A DNA stretch of 64,000 nucleotides from Longimicrobiales bacterium (GCA_965202985.1 CBDBCF010000001.1:896001-960000), one strand, 5' to 3'. Shown: positions 1-11,580, counted from the first letter of the stretch. Translations and numbers: made by a program. Notes: generated from the letters alone by a model not told the origin.

Positions 1-22
1 GAAAAGATAACGTCTGAACGCC

Positions 23-826
23 TCAGGCGGTAGCGCCCGCGACGGAAGGCGCGGCCTGGGCCGCCGGCTCCCAGACGCCGCCGCCGGTCAAGACGGCGGG
101 GCCGGTCGAGGTCACGGCCACCGTGTGCTCGAAGTGCGCCGACAGGGCCCGGTCCCAGGTGACGACCGTCCACTCGTCGGCCAACGTTCGGATGCGGGCG
201 CTGCCGGCGGAGAGCATGGGTTCGATGGCCAGGACCATGCCGGGAGACAGGAGCACGCCCGTGCCGGCCCGGCCCTCGTTGGCGACCTGCGGTTCCTCGT
301 GGATCTCCCGCCCGATGCCGTGCCCCACCAAGTCGCGCACGATCGCCAGACCCGTCTCGCGCACCACGCCGACCACGGCCGCGCCCACGTCACCGACCCG
401 CGCGCCGGGACGGGCCGCCGCCACCGCGGCGTCGAGCGCCGAGCGCGTGACCTGCAGGAGGTGCGCAGCCTCGGGTCCGACTTCGCCCACCGAGAAGGTG
501 AACGCCGAGTCGGCGCACCATCCGCCGCAGCGCACACCCACGTCGACCGACACGATGTCGCCCGACCGGAGCACGCGCGCCGAGGGGATCCCGTGCACCA
601 CCTCCTCGTTGATGCTGATGCACGCGTTCCCCGGAAAGCCGTAGAGTCCCTTGAACGCCGGCACGGCCCCGGCATGCGACCGCACGAACTCGCCGGCGAA
701 GCGGTCCAGCTCGGCGGTGGAGAGGCCGGGGACCACGAGCGGCTCGATCTCGCCGAAGAGGTCGGCGACGATGCGGCCGCTCCGCCCGATCGCCTCGATC
801 TCGCGGGTCGACTTCAGGGGGATCAT
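23..826 (-). CDS. map: Type I methionine aminopeptidase
   Basis: MIPLKSTREI start, ATG overlapping the adk stop; motifs VVHGIP, DVG, GHGIG..IHEEP, IEPM, HFEHT; canonical position after adk. Confidence 0.96.
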   Translation of the reverse strand: MIPLKSTREIEAIGRSGRIVADLFGEIEPLVVPGLSTAELDRFAGEFVRSHAGAVPAFKGLYGFPGNACISINEEVVHGIPSARVLRSGDIVSVDVGVRCGGWCADSAFTFSVGEVGPEAAHLLQVTRSALDAAVAAARPGARVGDVGAAVVGVVRETGLAIVRDLVGHGIGREIHEEPQVANEGRAGTGVLLSPGMVLAIEPMLSAGSARIRTLADEWTVVTWDRALSAHFEHTVAVTSTGPAVLTGGGVWEPAAQAAPSVAGATA

Positions 827-1569
827 GCGGGCGCCGGGCTCCCGGCCACCGCCTGCGACCGTCCGGCAACGGCCTGGGACCGCCCGGCGACTACCGCCTC
901 GGACAGCCCCACGGCCCCGGCGATCGCCCGTTGAATCTCGGCCATATCCCCTTCGCCGTTCACGCGGGTCAGCGCTTCCTTGTTCTGGTAGAACCCCACC
1001 AACGGAGCGGTGGCGTCCTGGTAGACCTCCAAGCGGGCGCGCACCGTGGCCGGCCGATCGTCGGGGCGGTGCACCAGCGGCTCTCCGGTCTCGTCGCAAA
1101 CGCCCTCTTCCTTGGGCGGATCGAAGTGAACGTTGTAGACTCGGCCGTTGGGAGACGACCGCCTTCCCGCGATGCGCTTGACCAGCAGCTCCGCGTCGGC
1201 GTCCAGCAGCACCACGCGGTTCACCTGGCGCCCCGCCTCGGCCAGCACCGAGTCCAGCGCTTCGGCCTGGACGACCGTTCGGGGAAAGCCGTCGAAGACC
1301 ACGCCCTGTTCGGCGGGCAGCGTTCGCAGGTGTTCCCGAACCAAGCCGACGATCACGTCGTCGGGCACCAGCCGGCCCCGATCCATGTACGCTTGGGCGC
1401 GAAGTCCCAGCTCGGTGCCGGCCTTTCTAGCCGCCCGAAGCAGGTCGCCCGTGGACACGTGGGCCCAGCCCCGGCCTCGGCTCAGGCGAACGCCTTGGGT
1501 CCCCTTCCCCACGCCCGGCGGACCCAAGAGAACGACGACTTTGCCGGATGTTCGACCTTTGCCGGACAC
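823..1569 (-). CDS. adk: Adenylate kinase
   Basis: GPPGVGKGT P-loop, STGDLLR, DGFPRT; follows secY; GTG start. Confidence 0.96.
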   Translation of the reverse strand: MSGKGRTSGKVVVLLGPPGVGKGTQGVRLSRGRGWAHVSTGDLLRAARKAGTELGLRAQAYMDRGRLVPDDVIVGLVREHLRTLPAEQGVVFDGFPRTVVQAEALDSVLAEAGRQVNRVVLLDADAELLVKRIAGRRSSPNGRVYNVHFDPPKEEGVCDETGEPLVHRPDDRPATVRARLEVYQDATAPLVGFYQNKEALTRVNGEGDMAEIQRAIAGAVGLSEAVVAGRSQAVAGRSQAVAGSPAPA

Positions 1570-1570
1570 C

Positions 1571-2887
1571 TTACATGTAGCGCTGGCGGCCGCGCATCTT
1601 CACGCGGCCCTTCTTCATGAAGCCGTCGTAGTGGCGCAGAAGCAGGTGCTGCTGGGCCTGCTGCACGGTGTCCAGCCCGACGCCCACCACGATGAGAAGG
1701 CTCGTGCCGCCGAAGAAGAAGGTCTGAATGCTGAAGAAGTCGAAGATCCAATACGGGACCAGCGCGATCAGGGCCAGGTAGACGGAGCCGGGCAAGGTGA
1801 CTCGAGTCAGGATGCGGTCGATGTACTCGGCGGTTCGGGCGCCCGGCTTCACGCCCGGCACGAAAGCGCCCTGCTTCTTCAAGTTCTCGGCCAAATCCAC
1901 CGGATTGAAGATGATCGCCGTGTAGAAGTAGGTGAAGAACACGATCAGCACGGCATAGCTGATGTAGTACGCCCAGTTGCCGGGCTGAAAGACGGTGGCC
2001 AAGTCCTGCACGAAGGCGAAGGAGCTGAATGCGGCGAGCGTTCCCGGCACCACGATGAAGGACTGGGCGAAGATGATGGGCATGACGCCGGCGGAGTTGA
2101 TGCGAAGCGGGATGAAGCTCTTCTGCCCCTCCTGGATGCGCCCCCGGCCCACCACTTTGCGTGGGATCTGCACGGGGATCTTGCGCGACGCCATCGTCAT
2201 GGCCACGACGCCGGCGGTGATGCCCACCACGACCAGGAGCAGCGCGACGACTCCGGCGGCGCTGATTTCGCCCAGCCGCAACGACTCCCAGGTCCGGGCC
2301 ACGGCCTGCGGGAACCCTTGGATGATCGAGAAGAAGATCATCAGGGACATGCCGTTGCCGACGCCCCGTTCCGTGATCTGCTCGCCCAGCCACATGACGA
2401 AGACGCCGCCCACGGTGAGGACGATCACGGTGGTGAAGACGAAGCCCATTCCCGGATCGCGCACGGCGCCGGGCAACCCCTGCAAGAACGCGGCGTATGC
2501 GTAGGCCTGCACGATGCAAAGAAGGACCGTCGTGTACCGGGTCCACTGGGTCAGCTTCTTGCGCCCCTCTTCCCCTTCCTTCTGGAGCTTCTCCACCTTT
2601 GGAAACACCGCCGCCAGCAGCTGGAACATGATGCTGGCCGAGATGTAGGGCATGATTCCCAGCGCCAAGATCGTCGCGCGGCTCAGGCCGCCGCCCACGA
2701 ACATGTCGTAGACGCCCAGGGCCGTGCTCTGCGCCAGTTGTCCGAACTGCTGCTGCAGCACGCCTACGTCCAGGCCCGGGACGGTGATGTGCGACCCAAT
2801 CCGATAGATCAGCATGATCAAGAGCGTGAAGAGGATCTTGCTCTTCAGCTCCGGCGCCCGGAACAGGTTCGGGATCGGGTTCGCCAT
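1571..2887 (-). CDS. secY: Preprotein translocase subunit SecY
   Basis: LGIMPYISASI, WLGEQIT, GVMPIIFA, GGTSLLIVV motifs; multiple hydrophobic segments. Confidence 0.98.
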   Translation of the reverse strand: MANPIPNLFRAPELKSKILFTLLIMLIYRIGSHITVPGLDVGVLQQQFGQLAQSTALGVYDMFVGGGLSRATILALGIMPYISASIMFQLLAAVFPKVEKLQKEGEEGRKKLTQWTRYTTVLLCIVQAYAYAAFLQGLPGAVRDPGMGFVFTTVIVLTVGGVFVMWLGEQITERGVGNGMSLMIFFSIIQGFPQAVARTWESLRLGEISAAGVVALLLVVVGITAGVVAMTMASRKIPVQIPRKVVGRGRIQEGQKSFIPLRINSAGVMPIIFAQSFIVVPGTLAAFSSFAFVQDLATVFQPGNWAYYISYAVLIVFFTYFYTAIIFNPVDLAENLKKQGAFVPGVKPGARTAEYIDRILTRVTLPGSVYLALIALVPYWIFDFFSIQTFFFGGTSLLIVVGVGLDTVQQAQQHLLLRHYDGFMKKGRVKMRGRQRYM

Positions 2888-2890
2888 TCG

Positions 2891-3373
2891 CTACCGGCCG
2901 TCCTTGGACACGATCGTCACGGAACCGCCCGCGGCTTCGATCTTGCGGCGGGCGGCGGCGCTTGCCGCGTGCACGGAGCACTGGACCGGACCCGGAGCGT
3001 CTCCGCCGGCCAGCAGCTTGATCGGCAGGCGACTGGACCCGGCCAAGCCCGTCTCCCGGAGCGTCTCGGGCGTGGCCTCTCGACCCTCCAAGACGTGCAG
3101 GTCCTGCACGTTCACGACCTGGTATCGGATGCGGCTTCGGTTCTTGAATCCGCGCTTCGGAATCCGGCGCTGCAGGGGCATCTGTCCCCCCTCGAACCAC
3201 GCCGGCACGCCGCCGCCGGAACGGGAGTTCTGACCCTTCGCGCCCCTGCCGGACGTCTTCCCGGAGCCCGAGCCCGGACCTCGTCCGACGCGCTTCCGCT
3301 GCCGGCGGCCTCCCTGCGCCGGGCGCAGGCTGTGGAGTTCGATCATCGCTTCCGTGGTCCCTTCTGTTGCCAT
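2891..3373 (-). CDS. rplO: 50S ribosomal protein L15 (alternative start 3346)
   Basis: RVGRGPGSGSGKTSGRG, FEGGQMPL. Confidence 0.96.
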   Translation of the reverse strand: MATEGTTEAMIELHSLRPAQGGRRQRKRVGRGPGSGSGKTSGRGAKGQNSRSGGGVPAWFEGGQMPLQRRIPKRGFKNRSRIRYQVVNVQDLHVLEGREATPETLRETGLAGSSRLPIKLLAGGDAPGPVQCSVHAASAAARRKIEAAGGSVTIVSKDGR

Positions 3374-3558
3374 CAGTCCGCCTTCGAGACTTCTACGAGA
3401 TAGTCCACCTTGGCGATCATGCCCCGGATCGCCGGCGTGTCGTCGTGGACGACCGACTGCTGGTGCCGCTTGATCCCGAGCGCCTCCAGCGTGCGCCTCT
3501 GGATCTTCTTGCGACCCACCGCGCTTCTCACCTGGGTGATCCGCAACCGATCAGCCAC
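3373..3558 (-). CDS. rpmD: 50S ribosomal protein L30
   Basis: [20 protein letters not shown]; spc operon position. Confidence 0.95.
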   Translation of the reverse strand: MADRLRITQVRSAVGRKKIQRRTLEALGIKRHQQSVVHDDTPAIRGMIAKVDYLVEVSKAD

Positions 3559-4069
3559 CGTTCCCCATCCCCAGCTCTTCGACGGAGATGCCCCGCTCCG
3601 CCGCCACGTCGTGCGCGGTCACCAAGTTCTCCAGGGCGTCGGCGGTGGCCCGCACGACGTTGATGGGGTTGTTGGTCCCCAGGCTCTTGGTCAGCACGTC
3701 GGTGAAGCCGGCGGCTTCCAGCACCGCCCGCACGGGACCCCCCGCGATGACCCCGGTGCCCGGCGCGGCGGGCCGAAGCAGCACGCGTCCGGCACCCCAG
3801 CGGCCCACAATCTCGTGGGGAATGGTCCCGTTGACCACCGGCACGTCCACCATGTTGCGTCGGGCCCGCTCGAAGGCCTTGCGGATGGCCTCGGCCACCT
3901 CGTTGGCCTTGGCGTGGGCGATCCCGACCCGCCCGCCCTGGTCTCCCACCGAAACCAGCGCAGTGAAGGAGAACCTCCGTCCCCCCTTGACCACCTTGGC
4001 CACGCGGTTGATGTGGATCAGGTTCTCCACCTGCTCGGCGCCGTCGCGCCGCGGCTTGTCCCTCGCCAT
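3551..4069 (-). CDS. rpsE: 30S ribosomal protein S5
   Basis: [25 protein letters not shown]. Confidence 0.97.
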   Translation of the reverse strand: MARDKPRRDGAEQVENLIHINRVAKVVKGGRRFSFTALVSVGDQGGRVGIAHAKANEVAEAIRKAFERARRNMVDVPVVNGTIPHEIVGRWGAGRVLLRPAAPGTGVIAGGPVRAVLEAAGFTDVLTKSLGTNNPINVVRATADALENLVTAHDVAAERGISVEELGMGNGG

Positions 4070-4458
4070 CAGAACACCAGTCCTCCTTCTCGGGCGCCCT
4101 CGGCGAACGCCTTGACGCGTCCATGGTAGCGGAAGCCGCCCCGGTCGAAGACGACGCGCTCCACGCCTCGCTCCCTGGCCCGTTCCGCCAGCAACCGTCC
4201 CGCGGCACGGGACGCCTCTTCCTTCCGGCGCCCGTTCTCCGAAGGCTCGAAGTCCTTCAACTCGGGCGCCAAGGTGGACAGGCCCACCAGCGTGCGACCT
4301 TCGTCGTCGTTTACCACTTGGCCCTCGATGTTTCGAAGGGAGCGGTACACCACCAGCCGGGGCCGGATTTCGGTGCCGCGCACCCTCTTGCGTATCCGCG
4401 CGTGGCGTCGGCGCCGCTGAAGCCGGCGGCTCTTCCTGAGCTTTCTTGACTTGATCAT
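4069..4458 (-). CDS. rplR: 50S ribosomal protein L18
   Basis: [23 protein letters not shown]. Confidence 0.97.
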   Translation of the reverse strand: MIKSRKLRKSRRLQRRRRHARIRKRVRGTEIRPRLVVYRSLRNIEGQVVNDDEGRTLVGLSTLAPELKDFEPSENGRRKEEASRAAGRLLAERARERGVERVVFDRGGFRYHGRVKAFAEGAREGGLVF

Positions 4459-4486
4459 CGCAGAAGCTTCCGGTATCGAGTCGTGA

Positions 4487-5038
4487 TCACGCGCCGGCGG
4501 TCTTGCCGGCCTTGCGACGAACGTGTTCTCCCTTGTAGCGGACGCCCTTCCCCTTGTAGGGCTCGGGCGGCCGGAAGGAGCGGATCACGGCGGCGGTGTG
4601 GCCGACCTGCTGCTTGTCCGCCCCCTTCACCACGATCGTGGTCTGGTTCGGGAGTTCGAAGGCGATCCCGGGCGGGGCCGGGAAGTCGATGGTGTGGGAG
4701 AACCCGAGCCGCAGCACGAGCCCCTTGCCCTTGGCCTCGGCGCGATACCCGACGCCGACGATCTCCAGGGTCTTGCTGAAGCCTTCGCTGACGCCTTGGA
4801 CGACGTTGGCGACCAGCGACCGGGTGAGACCGTGTAGCGCCTTGTGCTCCTTCTCGTCCGATTCCCGCGTCACGACCAGGGTCTTGCCCTCCTCGTCCGG
4901 CGCCCACGCCACGGCGACGGCCGGACGGACGGTCAGCTCCAGTTCGCCCTTGGGACCCTTGGCGGCGAAGCGGCGCCCGTCCAAGGTCACTTGCACCCCT
5001 GCGGGCACCGAAACCGGCTGCTTGCCGATGCGCGACAT
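4487..5038 (-). CDS. rplF: 50S ribosomal protein L6
   Basis: [23 protein letters not shown]. Confidence 0.97.
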   Translation of the reverse strand: MSRIGKQPVSVPAGVQVTLDGRRFAAKGPKGELELTVRPAVAVAWAPDEEGKTLVVTRESDEKEHKALHGLTRSLVANVVQGVSEGFSKTLEIVGVGYRAEAKGKGLVLRLGFSHTIDFPAPPGIAFELPNQTTIVVKGADKQQVGHTAAVIRSFRPPEPYKGKGVRYKGEHVRRKAGKTAGA

Positions 5039-5053
5039 CGATCCTCCCTTCCC

Positions 5054-5446
5054 CTACCAGACTTCCGCCATGAGTTCGCCGCCGACCCGGGCCGCCCGGG
5101 CCGCCCGGTCCGAGAGCAGGCCCCGCGAAGTGGAAAGAATGGCCATGCCCAGCCCGTTTCTGATCCGGGGAACTTCGTCCGCCTTCACGTAGCGCCGGTG
5201 TCCGGGCTTGGAGACGCGGGCGATCCGGCGGATCAGGGGCCGGCCCTCGTAGTACTTCAAGTAGACGCGGAGCAGGCCGTGGCGGCCGTCGTTGAGCACC
5301 TTGTAGTCGTACACGAAGGCGTTTTCCTTGAGAAGCCGGGCCACATCCACCTTGAGCTTGGACAGAGGCACGTCGGCCCAACGGTGGCCGGCCGCGCCCG
5401 CGTTCCGGATCCGCGTCAGCATGTCGGCGATGGGGTCGGTCATCAT
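5054..5446 (-). CDS. rpsH: 30S ribosomal protein S8
   Basis: DPIADMLTRIRN, SKPG.RRY, LSTSRG. Confidence 0.97.
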   Translation of the reverse strand: MMTDPIADMLTRIRNAGAAGHRWADVPLSKLKVDVARLLKENAFVYDYKVLNDGRHGLLRVYLKYYEGRPLIRRIARVSKPGHRRYVKADEVPRIRNGLGMAILSTSRGLLSDRAARAARVGGELMAEVW

Positions 5447-5486
5447 GGTCGGTTGCGGTCCTTTGGGAAGGTGGGCGCGGGCCCGT

Positions 5487-6059
5487 TCACGCCGCGGCTC
5501 CGACGATCAGAGGCACCTCGCCTCTGAAGGGAAAGCCCAGCTGCCGCAGAAGCGCGTACGCCTCCGCGTCCTTGTCGGTGGTGGTGACTACGGAAACGTC
5601 CAGGCCGTGAATGCGAGCCACGCGGTCGTAGTCCACCTCGGGAAAGATGATCTGCTCCCTGACTCCGACGGTGTAGTTCCCCCGCCCGTCGAAGGAACGG
5701 GTGCTCATGCCCCGAAAGTCGCGGATTCGGGGCACCGCGACGGAGACGAACCGGTCCAGGAACTCCCACATCCCGCGCCGCCGCAGGGTCACCGACGCCC
5801 CGACCGGCATCCCTTCGCGCAACCGAAAGTTGGAGATCGACTTGCGTGCCCGGGTGATCACGGCCTTCTGGCCCGAGATCATGGCGAGCTCTTCGGCCAC
5901 CGACTCCACCAGCTTGCGGTCCCGGCTGCCCTCGCCGGCGCCCACGTTCAGAACGACCTTCTCGACCCGCGGAATCTGGTGCGGGTTGGCGTAGCCGAAC
6001 TGCTCCTGGAGCGCAGGCCTTGCAACGGTCTTGTAGTGCGTCAGCAGGCGCGGTTCCAT
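5487..6059 (-). CDS. rplE: 50S ribosomal protein L5
   Basis: FRLREGMPVG, PRIRDFRG, FDGRGNY, IFPE. Confidence 0.97.
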   Translation of the reverse strand: MEPRLLTHYKTVARPALQEQFGYANPHQIPRVEKVVLNVGAGEGSRDRKLVESVAEELAMISGQKAVITRARKSISNFRLREGMPVGASVTLRRRGMWEFLDRFVSVAVPRIRDFRGMSTRSFDGRGNYTVGVREQIIFPEVDYDRVARIHGLDVSVVTTTDKDAEAYALLRQLGFPFRGEVPLIVGAAA

Positions 6060-6083
6060 GTCGTCGTTCCTCCTCTCTCTTCC

Positions 6084-6425
6084 CTAGGACCGGGTCGGCC
6101 GCGGTACCGGGTTGCCCGTCCGGACCGAGATCCGCTCCTTGAGGCCGTCCGCTTCCTCGTGGATGCGCACGCGACCGGCTTCGTTGCTGGCCGGGTCCAC
6201 GAGCATGACGTTCGACAGGTGCAGGGGCGCCTCGGACGTGACGATGCCCCCTTCGGGGTTGGCTTGAGAAGGGCGGGCGTGGCGCTTGCGCATGTTGACG
6301 CCCTGCACGACGACGCGGTCCGACTTGTGCAGGATCCGAAGCACCGTTCCTTCGGCGTCCCGGTGGTTCCCCCGAATCACCCTGACCCGGTCGCCCTTCA
6401 CGATCTTGGTTCTCGTCTTGGCCAT
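6084..6425 (-). CDS. rplX: 50S ribosomal protein L24
   Basis: KOW motif KGDRVRVIRG, EAPLHLSNV; ATG at 6425. Confidence 0.95.
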   Translation of the reverse strand: MAKTRTKIVKGDRVRVIRGNHRDAEGTVLRILHKSDRVVVQGVNMRKRHARPSQANPEGGIVTSEAPLHLSNVMLVDPASNEAGRVRIHEEADGLKERISVRTGNPVPRPTRS

Positions 6426-6427
6426 CT

Positions 6428-6796
6428 TCAAAGCACCTCGGGCGCCAGCGACACGATCCTCATGTACCGCTTCTCTCGCAGCTCTCGGCCCACGGGCCCG
6501 AAGATGCGGGTGCCACGGGGTTCCTTCTGGGCATTGATGAGCACGGCGGCGTTGTCGTCGAAGCGGATGTAGCTGCCGTCCCGCCGGCGCGTCTCCTTGG
6601 CGGTGCGGACCACGACCGCTTCGGTCACCTCTCCCCGCTTCACGGGCGCATTGGGCACGGCATCCTTGATCGTCACGATCACGCGATCTCCGATCCCCGC
6701 GTAGCGCCGGCCCGAGCCGCCCAGCACGCGAATGCACAGCGCGCGCTTGGCCCCCGTATTGTCGGCGATCTTCAGCATCGATTCTTGTTGGATCAT
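6428..6796 (-). CDS. rplN: 50S ribosomal protein L14
   Basis: [34 protein letters not shown]. Confidence 0.98.
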   Translation of the reverse strand: MIQQESMLKIADNTGAKRALCIRVLGGSGRRYAGIGDRVIVTIKDAVPNAPVKRGEVTEAVVVRTAKETRRRDGSYIRFDDNAAVLINAQKEPRGTRIFGPVGRELREKRYMRIVSLAPEVL

Positions 6797-6800
6797 CGTT

Positions 6801-7109
6801 CTATGCGGATCGCTCCACGAGTTCCACGACGCGCCACCTCTTGTTCTTGGACAGGGGGCGCGTCTCCATGATCTTGACCGTGTCTCCCACCTTGCAGCGG
6901 TTGTCGCCGTCGTGCGCGTGGTACCGCTTGGTGCGCGACAGCTGCTTTCCGTAAAGGGGGTGCGCGAACCGGCGCTCGACCAGCACCGTGACCGTCTTGT
7001 CGGCCTTGTCCCCCACGACCACGCCCGTGCGAACCTTGCGTCGGCTCCGTGCGACCGGCGAACCGGGCGACGCGTTCGCGCCGTCGTTGCTCTCGGCGAC
7101 TTCGCTCAT
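6801..7109 (-). CDS. rpsQ: 30S ribosomal protein S17
   Basis: [31 protein letters not shown] at 7109 overlapping the rpmC stop. Confidence 0.96.
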   Translation of the reverse strand: MSEVAESNDGANASPGSPVARSRRKVRTGVVVGDKADKTVTVLVERRFAHPLYGKQLSRTKRYHAHDGDNRCKVGDTVKIMETRPLSKNKRWRVVELVERSA

Positions 7110-7315
7110 TTGGACTCCGTGTCCGCCTTGGTTCGGCGCTCGTGCAGGATGGTCTTGATCCGCGCGATGTCGCGTCTCACGGCGCGCAGCATGCGCGGGT
7201 TCTCCAACTCTTCCGTCGCCCGGCGAAACCGCAGACGGAACTGCTCCAGCCGGAGCTCTCCCAAGCGATGCTCGAGCTCGCCGTCCGCCATCTCCCGAAC
7301 GTCTTCCGCCTTCAC
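7106..7315 (-). CDS. rpmC: 50S ribosomal protein L29
   Basis: GTG start after [26 protein letters not shown]. Confidence 0.95.
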   Translation of the reverse strand: MKAEDVREMADGELEHRLGELRLEQFRLRFRRATEELENPRMLRAVRRDIARIKTILHERRTKADTESK

Positions 7316-7326
7316 GCCGTCCTCCT

Positions 7327-7743
7327 CTACAGTTGCGACTCGCGGACGACGAAGCGCGTCCGGACCGGCAGCTTGAAGGAAGCCAGCTCCATGGCCCGGC
7401 GCGCCGCCTCGGGCGAAACTCCGTCCAGCTCGAACATGATTCGGCCGGGCTTGACCACGGCAACCCACTGTTCGGGGTTCCCCTTGCCTTTGCCCATGCG
7501 CGTCTCGGCCGGCTTCTTGGTCACGGGCTTGTCGGGAAAGATGCGGATCCAGACCTTGCCGCCCCGCTTCACGTGGCGCGTGATCGCCACTCGGGCCGAC
7601 TCGATCTGCCGGTTCGTGATCCAGCCGGCATCCAACGACTGCAAGCCGTACTCGCCGAAGGAAACCTTGCTCCCCCGGTAGGCCTTGCCGCGCATCTTGC
7701 CCTTGTGGGTCTTGCGGCGCTTGACTCGCTTCGGCGACAGCAT
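7327..7743 (-). CDS. rplP: 50S ribosomal protein L16
   Basis: MLSPKR, WIRIFPD, RMGKGKG. Confidence 0.98.
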   Translation of the reverse strand: MLSPKRVKRRKTHKGKMRGKAYRGSKVSFGEYGLQSLDAGWITNRQIESARVAITRHVKRGGKVWIRIFPDKPVTKKPAETRMGKGKGNPEQWVAVVKPGRIMFELDGVSPEAARRAMELASFKLPVRTRFVVRESQL

Positions 7744-7768
7744 GGCGTTCGCTCCCTTTCCTCTCGGA

Positions 7769-8434
7769 TCAGCCCCCGGACCCGGCCGAATACGTGCGGC
7801 CGAACCGGTCCTCGATCACTTCGCCCTTGAATATCCAGCACTTGATGCCCACGGTGCCGTACGTCGTGCGGGCCTCCAGGTGCGCGTAGTCGATGTCCGC
7901 CCGCAGCGTGTGCAAGGGGACCCTGCCTTCGTTGTAGCCCTCCGTGCGGGCGATCTCGGCGCCCCCCAGCCGTCCTGCGCACTGGATGCGGATCCCCTCC
8001 GCGCCGGCGCGCATGGCGGACTGAACGGCTCGCTTCATGGCGCGCCTGAACGAGATGCGCTGGCGGATCTGGTGGGCGACGTTGTCGGCGACCAACCGAG
8101 CGTTGAGCTCCGGCCGCTTGATCTCTTCCACGTTGACCGACACTTCGCTGTTGGTCAGCACGGCCAGCTCGTCGCGCAGCTTGTCCACCTCGGCGCCGCG
8201 CTTGCCGATGACCACGCCGGGCCGGGCGGTGTGAAGCGTCACCACCAGCTTGGAGGGCTTGCGGTCGATCTCCACGCCGGCCAGGGCCGCGTGATGCAGG
8301 CGCTGCTCCAGGTAGCGGCGAACGGTCTCGTCTTCCTTCAGGAACTTGGGAAACTCCCGTTCGGCGTACCAACGAGAACGCCAGTCCGACACGATGCCCA
8401 AGCGAAAGCCGTGGGGGTGAGTCTTTTGGCCCAT
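7769..8434 (-). CDS. rpsC: 30S ribosomal protein S3
   Basis: [35 protein letters not shown]. Confidence 0.98.
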   Translation of the reverse strand: MGQKTHPHGFRLGIVSDWRSRWYAEREFPKFLKEDETVRRYLEQRLHHAALAGVEIDRKPSKLVVTLHTARPGVVIGKRGAEVDKLRDELAVLTNSEVSVNVEEIKRPELNARLVADNVAHQIRQRISFRRAMKRAVQSAMRAGAEGIRIQCAGRLGGAEIARTEGYNEGRVPLHTLRADIDYAHLEARTTYGTVGIKCWIFKGEVIEDRFGRTYSAGSGG

Positions 8435-8439
8435 GATCG

Positions 8440-8793
8440 TCAGCTTTCCTTGGCTTCGACGGCCACGGTGATGCGGCTCGTGCGGCGGCGACGAGGCACG
8501 GCTCTCCCGCGGGCCGCAGCGCGCCAGCGCTTGTACGTGGGACCCTCGTCCACGAAGGCCCGGCTCACGAACAGATCGTCCACGTCCAGGTCCTCGCCGT
8601 CCCGATCCGCCTTGTCCTCGGCGTTGGCGACGGCGGAACGGAGCGTCTTGCTCACGGGGACGGAGGCGGCCTTCTTGGAGAACCGCAGGACGGAAAGGGC
8701 GTCGGCGACCGTGCGACCCCGGATCTGATCCACGACAAGGCGAACCTTTCGCGGGCTCATCCGGACTTGCTTGGCGGTGGCGCTTGCTTTCAT
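8440..8793 (-). CDS. rplV: 50S ribosomal protein L22
   Basis: [27 protein letters not shown] at 8793. Confidence 0.96.
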   Translation of the reverse strand: MKASATAKQVRMSPRKVRLVVDQIRGRTVADALSVLRFSKKAASVPVSKTLRSAVANAEDKADRDGEDLDVDDLFVSRAFVDEGPTYKRWRAAARGRAVPRRRRTSRITVAVEAKES

Positions 8794-8807
8794 GACGCTT
8801 TCCTTCC

Positions 8808-9092
8808 CTAGATCCTGGATCGCTTGTCGGCCAGCTTGCCGCCGTGGCCGCGGAAGAGACGCGTGGGCGCGAACTCTCCCAGCTTGTGGCCCACCATGTT
8901 CTCGCTGATGTACACCGGGATGAACTTGTTCCCGTTGTGAACGCCGATCGTGTGGCCCACGAACTCCGGCGAGATCGTGGAGGCGCGCGACCACGTGCGG
9001 ATCACTGTCCTCTCGTTGCTGGCGTTCATGCGCTCCACCTTGCGACGAAGCTTCTCGTCGATGAAGGGACCTTTCTTGACGCTTCGGGGCAT
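8808..9092 (-). CDS. rpsS: 30S ribosomal protein S19
   Basis: [25 protein letters not shown]. Confidence 0.98.
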   Translation of the reverse strand: MPRSVKKGPFIDEKLRRKVERMNASNERTVIRTWSRASTISPEFVGHTIGVHNGNKFIPVYISENMVGHKLGEFAPTRLFRGHGGKLADKRSRI

Positions 9093-9135
9093 GGCTAGGG
9101 GGCTCGGTCTTCTCCTGTGTCCCGTGAGACGCTCG

Positions 9136-9975
9136 TCAGCGCGTGGCCTTGCCGCGCTTGCGTCCGCGGACGATGAACTTGTTGGAAGGCTTCTTCTTGC
9201 GCCGGGTCTTGGCGCCTTCGGGCTTGCCCCAGGGAGTGACGGGCGGGCGCCCGCCGGACGCCTTGCCCTCGCCGCCGCCCAAGGGGTGGTCGACCGGGTT
9301 CATGGCGACGCCGCGCACCTTCGGACGGCGCCCGCGCCAGCGGTTCGCACCGGCCTTGCCCAGGCTGCGCAGGCTGTGGTCCACGTTGCCCACTTGGCCG
9401 ATCGTGGCGTAGCACCGCTTGAGGATGCGCCGCACTTCGGTGGACGGCAAGCGCAGCGTCACGTACTCCCCTTCCTTGGCGACCACTTGCACGCCCGACC
9501 CGGCGGAACGGGCGATCTGCCCGCCCTTGCCCGGCTTCATCTCCACGTTGTGGACCACCGTGCCCAGGGGGATTCGCTCCAACGGCAGCGCGTTGCCGCG
9601 ACGCACGTCGGCGTCCGGGCCCGACTCGATCAAGTCGCCGGGCTCCATGCCCCGGGCGTAAAGGACGTAGCGCTTCTCGCCGTCCTCGTAGTGGACAAGG
9701 GCGATGAGGGCCGAACGGTTGGGATCGTACTCGATCTCGGCGATCCGGCCGCGCGCGCCGTGCTTGTCGCGGCGAAAGTCGATCTTGCGGTACCGACGCT
9801 TGTTGCCGCCCCCCCGGCGGCGCACCGTGATGCGCCCGTGATGGTTGCGGCCGCCCGTCTTCTTCAAGGGCTCGGTCAAGGCCTTCTCGGGACCCTTTCG
9901 GGTGACCGCGTCCTTGGCCGTAACGGATCGGAAGCGGCTCCCCGGAGTGACGGGCTTGAACTTCTTCAGTGCCAT
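9136..9975 (-). CDS. rplB: 50S ribosomal protein L2
   Basis: [28 protein letters not shown] at 9975. Confidence 0.98.
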   Translation of the reverse strand: MALKKFKPVTPGSRFRSVTAKDAVTRKGPEKALTEPLKKTGGRNHHGRITVRRRGGGNKRRYRKIDFRRDKHGARGRIAEIEYDPNRSALIALVHYEDGEKRYVLYARGMEPGDLIESGPDADVRRGNALPLERIPLGTVVHNVEMKPGKGGQIARSAGSGVQVVAKEGEYVTLRLPSTEVRRILKRCYATIGQVGNVDHSLRSLGKAGANRWRGRRPKVRGVAMNPVDHPLGGGEGKASGGRPPVTPWGKPEGAKTRRKKKPSNKFIVRGRKRGKATR

Positions 9976-9979
9976 CGGA

Positions 9980-10288
9980 TCAACCCGCTTCGTAGAATTC
10001 GATGTGGTCGCCCTCGGCCAGCTGGACGACCGCCTTCTTGAACGACGGCGTCCACCCCGGGGTCCAGTTCTTGGCCATCCGGCCCAGGAGCGCGCGCTTG
10101 GTCTTGCCGGCGTAGCGCATGGTGCGGACATCCTTGACCTGCACGTCCCAGAGCGACTCGACGGCCCGCGCGATCTCGTGCTTGTTGGACCGGGGGTTCA
10201 CGACGAAGGTGTAGAGGTGGCGCTCCATCTGGGCCGTCGTCTTTTCGGTGACCACCGGCTGGACGATCACGTCGTGGGGCTGGCGCAT
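9980..10288 (-). CDS. rplW: 50S ribosomal protein L23
   Basis: [23 protein letters not shown] at 10288. Confidence 0.94.
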   Translation of the reverse strand: MRQPHDVIVQPVVTEKTTAQMERHLYTFVVNPRSNKHEIARAVESLWDVQVKDVRTMRYAGKTKRALLGRMAKNWTPGWTPSFKKAVVQLAEGDHIEFYEAG

Positions 10289-10956
10289 CAGTCCGGCTCC
10301 GTCCGAACGGGCCGGCGCCTGGCGCGCGACGCCTCTTGCGCAACGGCCGCGATTCCGGCCAGGGCGGCCTCCTCGATGATCACCGTCCCGGACCAGACCA
10401 CGTCGTAGGGCGACTCGGCGCCGAAGGGCAGGACGCGGACGCCAGCCAGGTTGCGGCCCGACAGATAGAGATCGCGGTTCACGCCGTGCGTAAGAAACAG
10501 CACCTTGCCCTGCGCGTCGATCTTGTCCAGCAGGCGGGTCAGCCGTCGCGTCTTGGGGCCGTCGAAGTCGAAGCCCTCGATGACGGCGACCCTGCCCGCC
10601 GCCGCGCGGCTGTTGAACGCCGACCGCCGGGCCAGGGCGCGCAGCTGCCGGGGCACCCGCTTGCGCCACGAGCGCGACATCGGCGGAAACGCGCGTCCGC
10701 CGCCGCGCCACTGGACCGCGCGGATCGTTCCCTGCCGCGCGCGACCGGTGCCCTTCTGACGCCACGGCTTGCGGCTTCCGCCCGCGACCGCCGCTCGGTT
10801 CTTCTTCTGCGCCGTGCCTTGGCGCTGGTTGGCCAGGTAGGCCGTCACCACGCGGTGCACGGCGGCCTCGCTGACGACGCCGTCGAACAGCGACCCGGGC
10901 AACGCCACCTGGTCTCCGGGCGAGCCGTCGGTCTTGAAGTAGGGGGCTTGGTACAT
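10288..10956 (-). CDS. rplD: 50S ribosomal protein L4
   Basis: [18 protein letters not shown]. Confidence 0.97.
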   Translation of the reverse strand: MYQAPYFKTDGSPGDQVALPGSLFDGVVSEAAVHRVVTAYLANQRQGTAQKKNRAAVAGGSRKPWRQKGTGRARQGTIRAVQWRGGGRAFPPMSRSWRKRVPRQLRALARRSAFNSRAAAGRVAVIEGFDFDGPKTRRLTRLLDKIDAQGKVLFLTHGVNRDLYLSGRNLAGVRVLPFGAESPYDVVWSGTVIIEEAALAGIAAVAQEASRARRRPVRTEPD

Positions 10957-10960
10957 GGCC

Positions 10961-11578
10961 TTACCGCCGGATCAGGACGTAGCCGTTCCGGCTGCCCGGA
11001 ACCCCTCCGCGAACGAACAGGAGGTTCCGTTCCGAATCGACCCGGACCACTTCCAGGTTGCGGATCGTCTTGCGCTTTCCGCCCATGCGTCCGGGCAGCT
11101 TCTTCCCCTTGATGACGCGCGAAGGGTCGGTGCCCGGCCCCATGGAGCCGGGGTTCCGGGCCATGGGATGGCCGTGGGATCCCGGTCGGCCGCTGAAGCC
11201 GTGGCGCTTCACGACGCCCTGAAAGCCGCGGCCCTTGGCGAGGCCGGTGACCTTCACGCGCTGGCCCGCTTCGAAGATCTCCACCGTCAGCTCCTGGCCG
11301 GGCGCGTACTCGGCGCCGTCTTCCGACTTGAACTCGCGAAGCAGGCGGGGGGCCGCCTCCAGGCCGGCCTTGGCGGCGTGGCCCAGCTCAGCCCGGCTCG
11401 AACGCTTGTGCTTCTTGGCCCCGAACCCGATCTGCACGGCCCGGGCGCCGTCGGACGCGTCGCCTCGGACCTGCATCACGGGACACGGACCCGCCTCCAG
11501 CACCGTGACGGGCACGACTCGACCTTCGTCCGTGAAGACGCGGGTCATCCCGATTTTCCTGCCGATCAAGCCGGGCAT
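10961..11578 (-). CDS. rplC: 50S ribosomal protein L3
   Basis: [29 protein letters not shown] at 11578. Confidence 0.97.
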   Translation of the reverse strand: MPGLIGRKIGMTRVFTDEGRVVPVTVLEAGPCPVMQVRGDASDGARAVQIGFGAKKHKRSSRAELGHAAKAGLEAAPRLLREFKSEDGAEYAPGQELTVEIFEAGQRVKVTGLAKGRGFQGVVKRHGFSGRPGSHGHPMARNPGSMGPGTDPSRVIKGKKLPGRMGGKRKTIRNLEVVRVDSERNLLFVRGGVPGSRNGYVLIRR

Positions 11579-11580
11579 CG

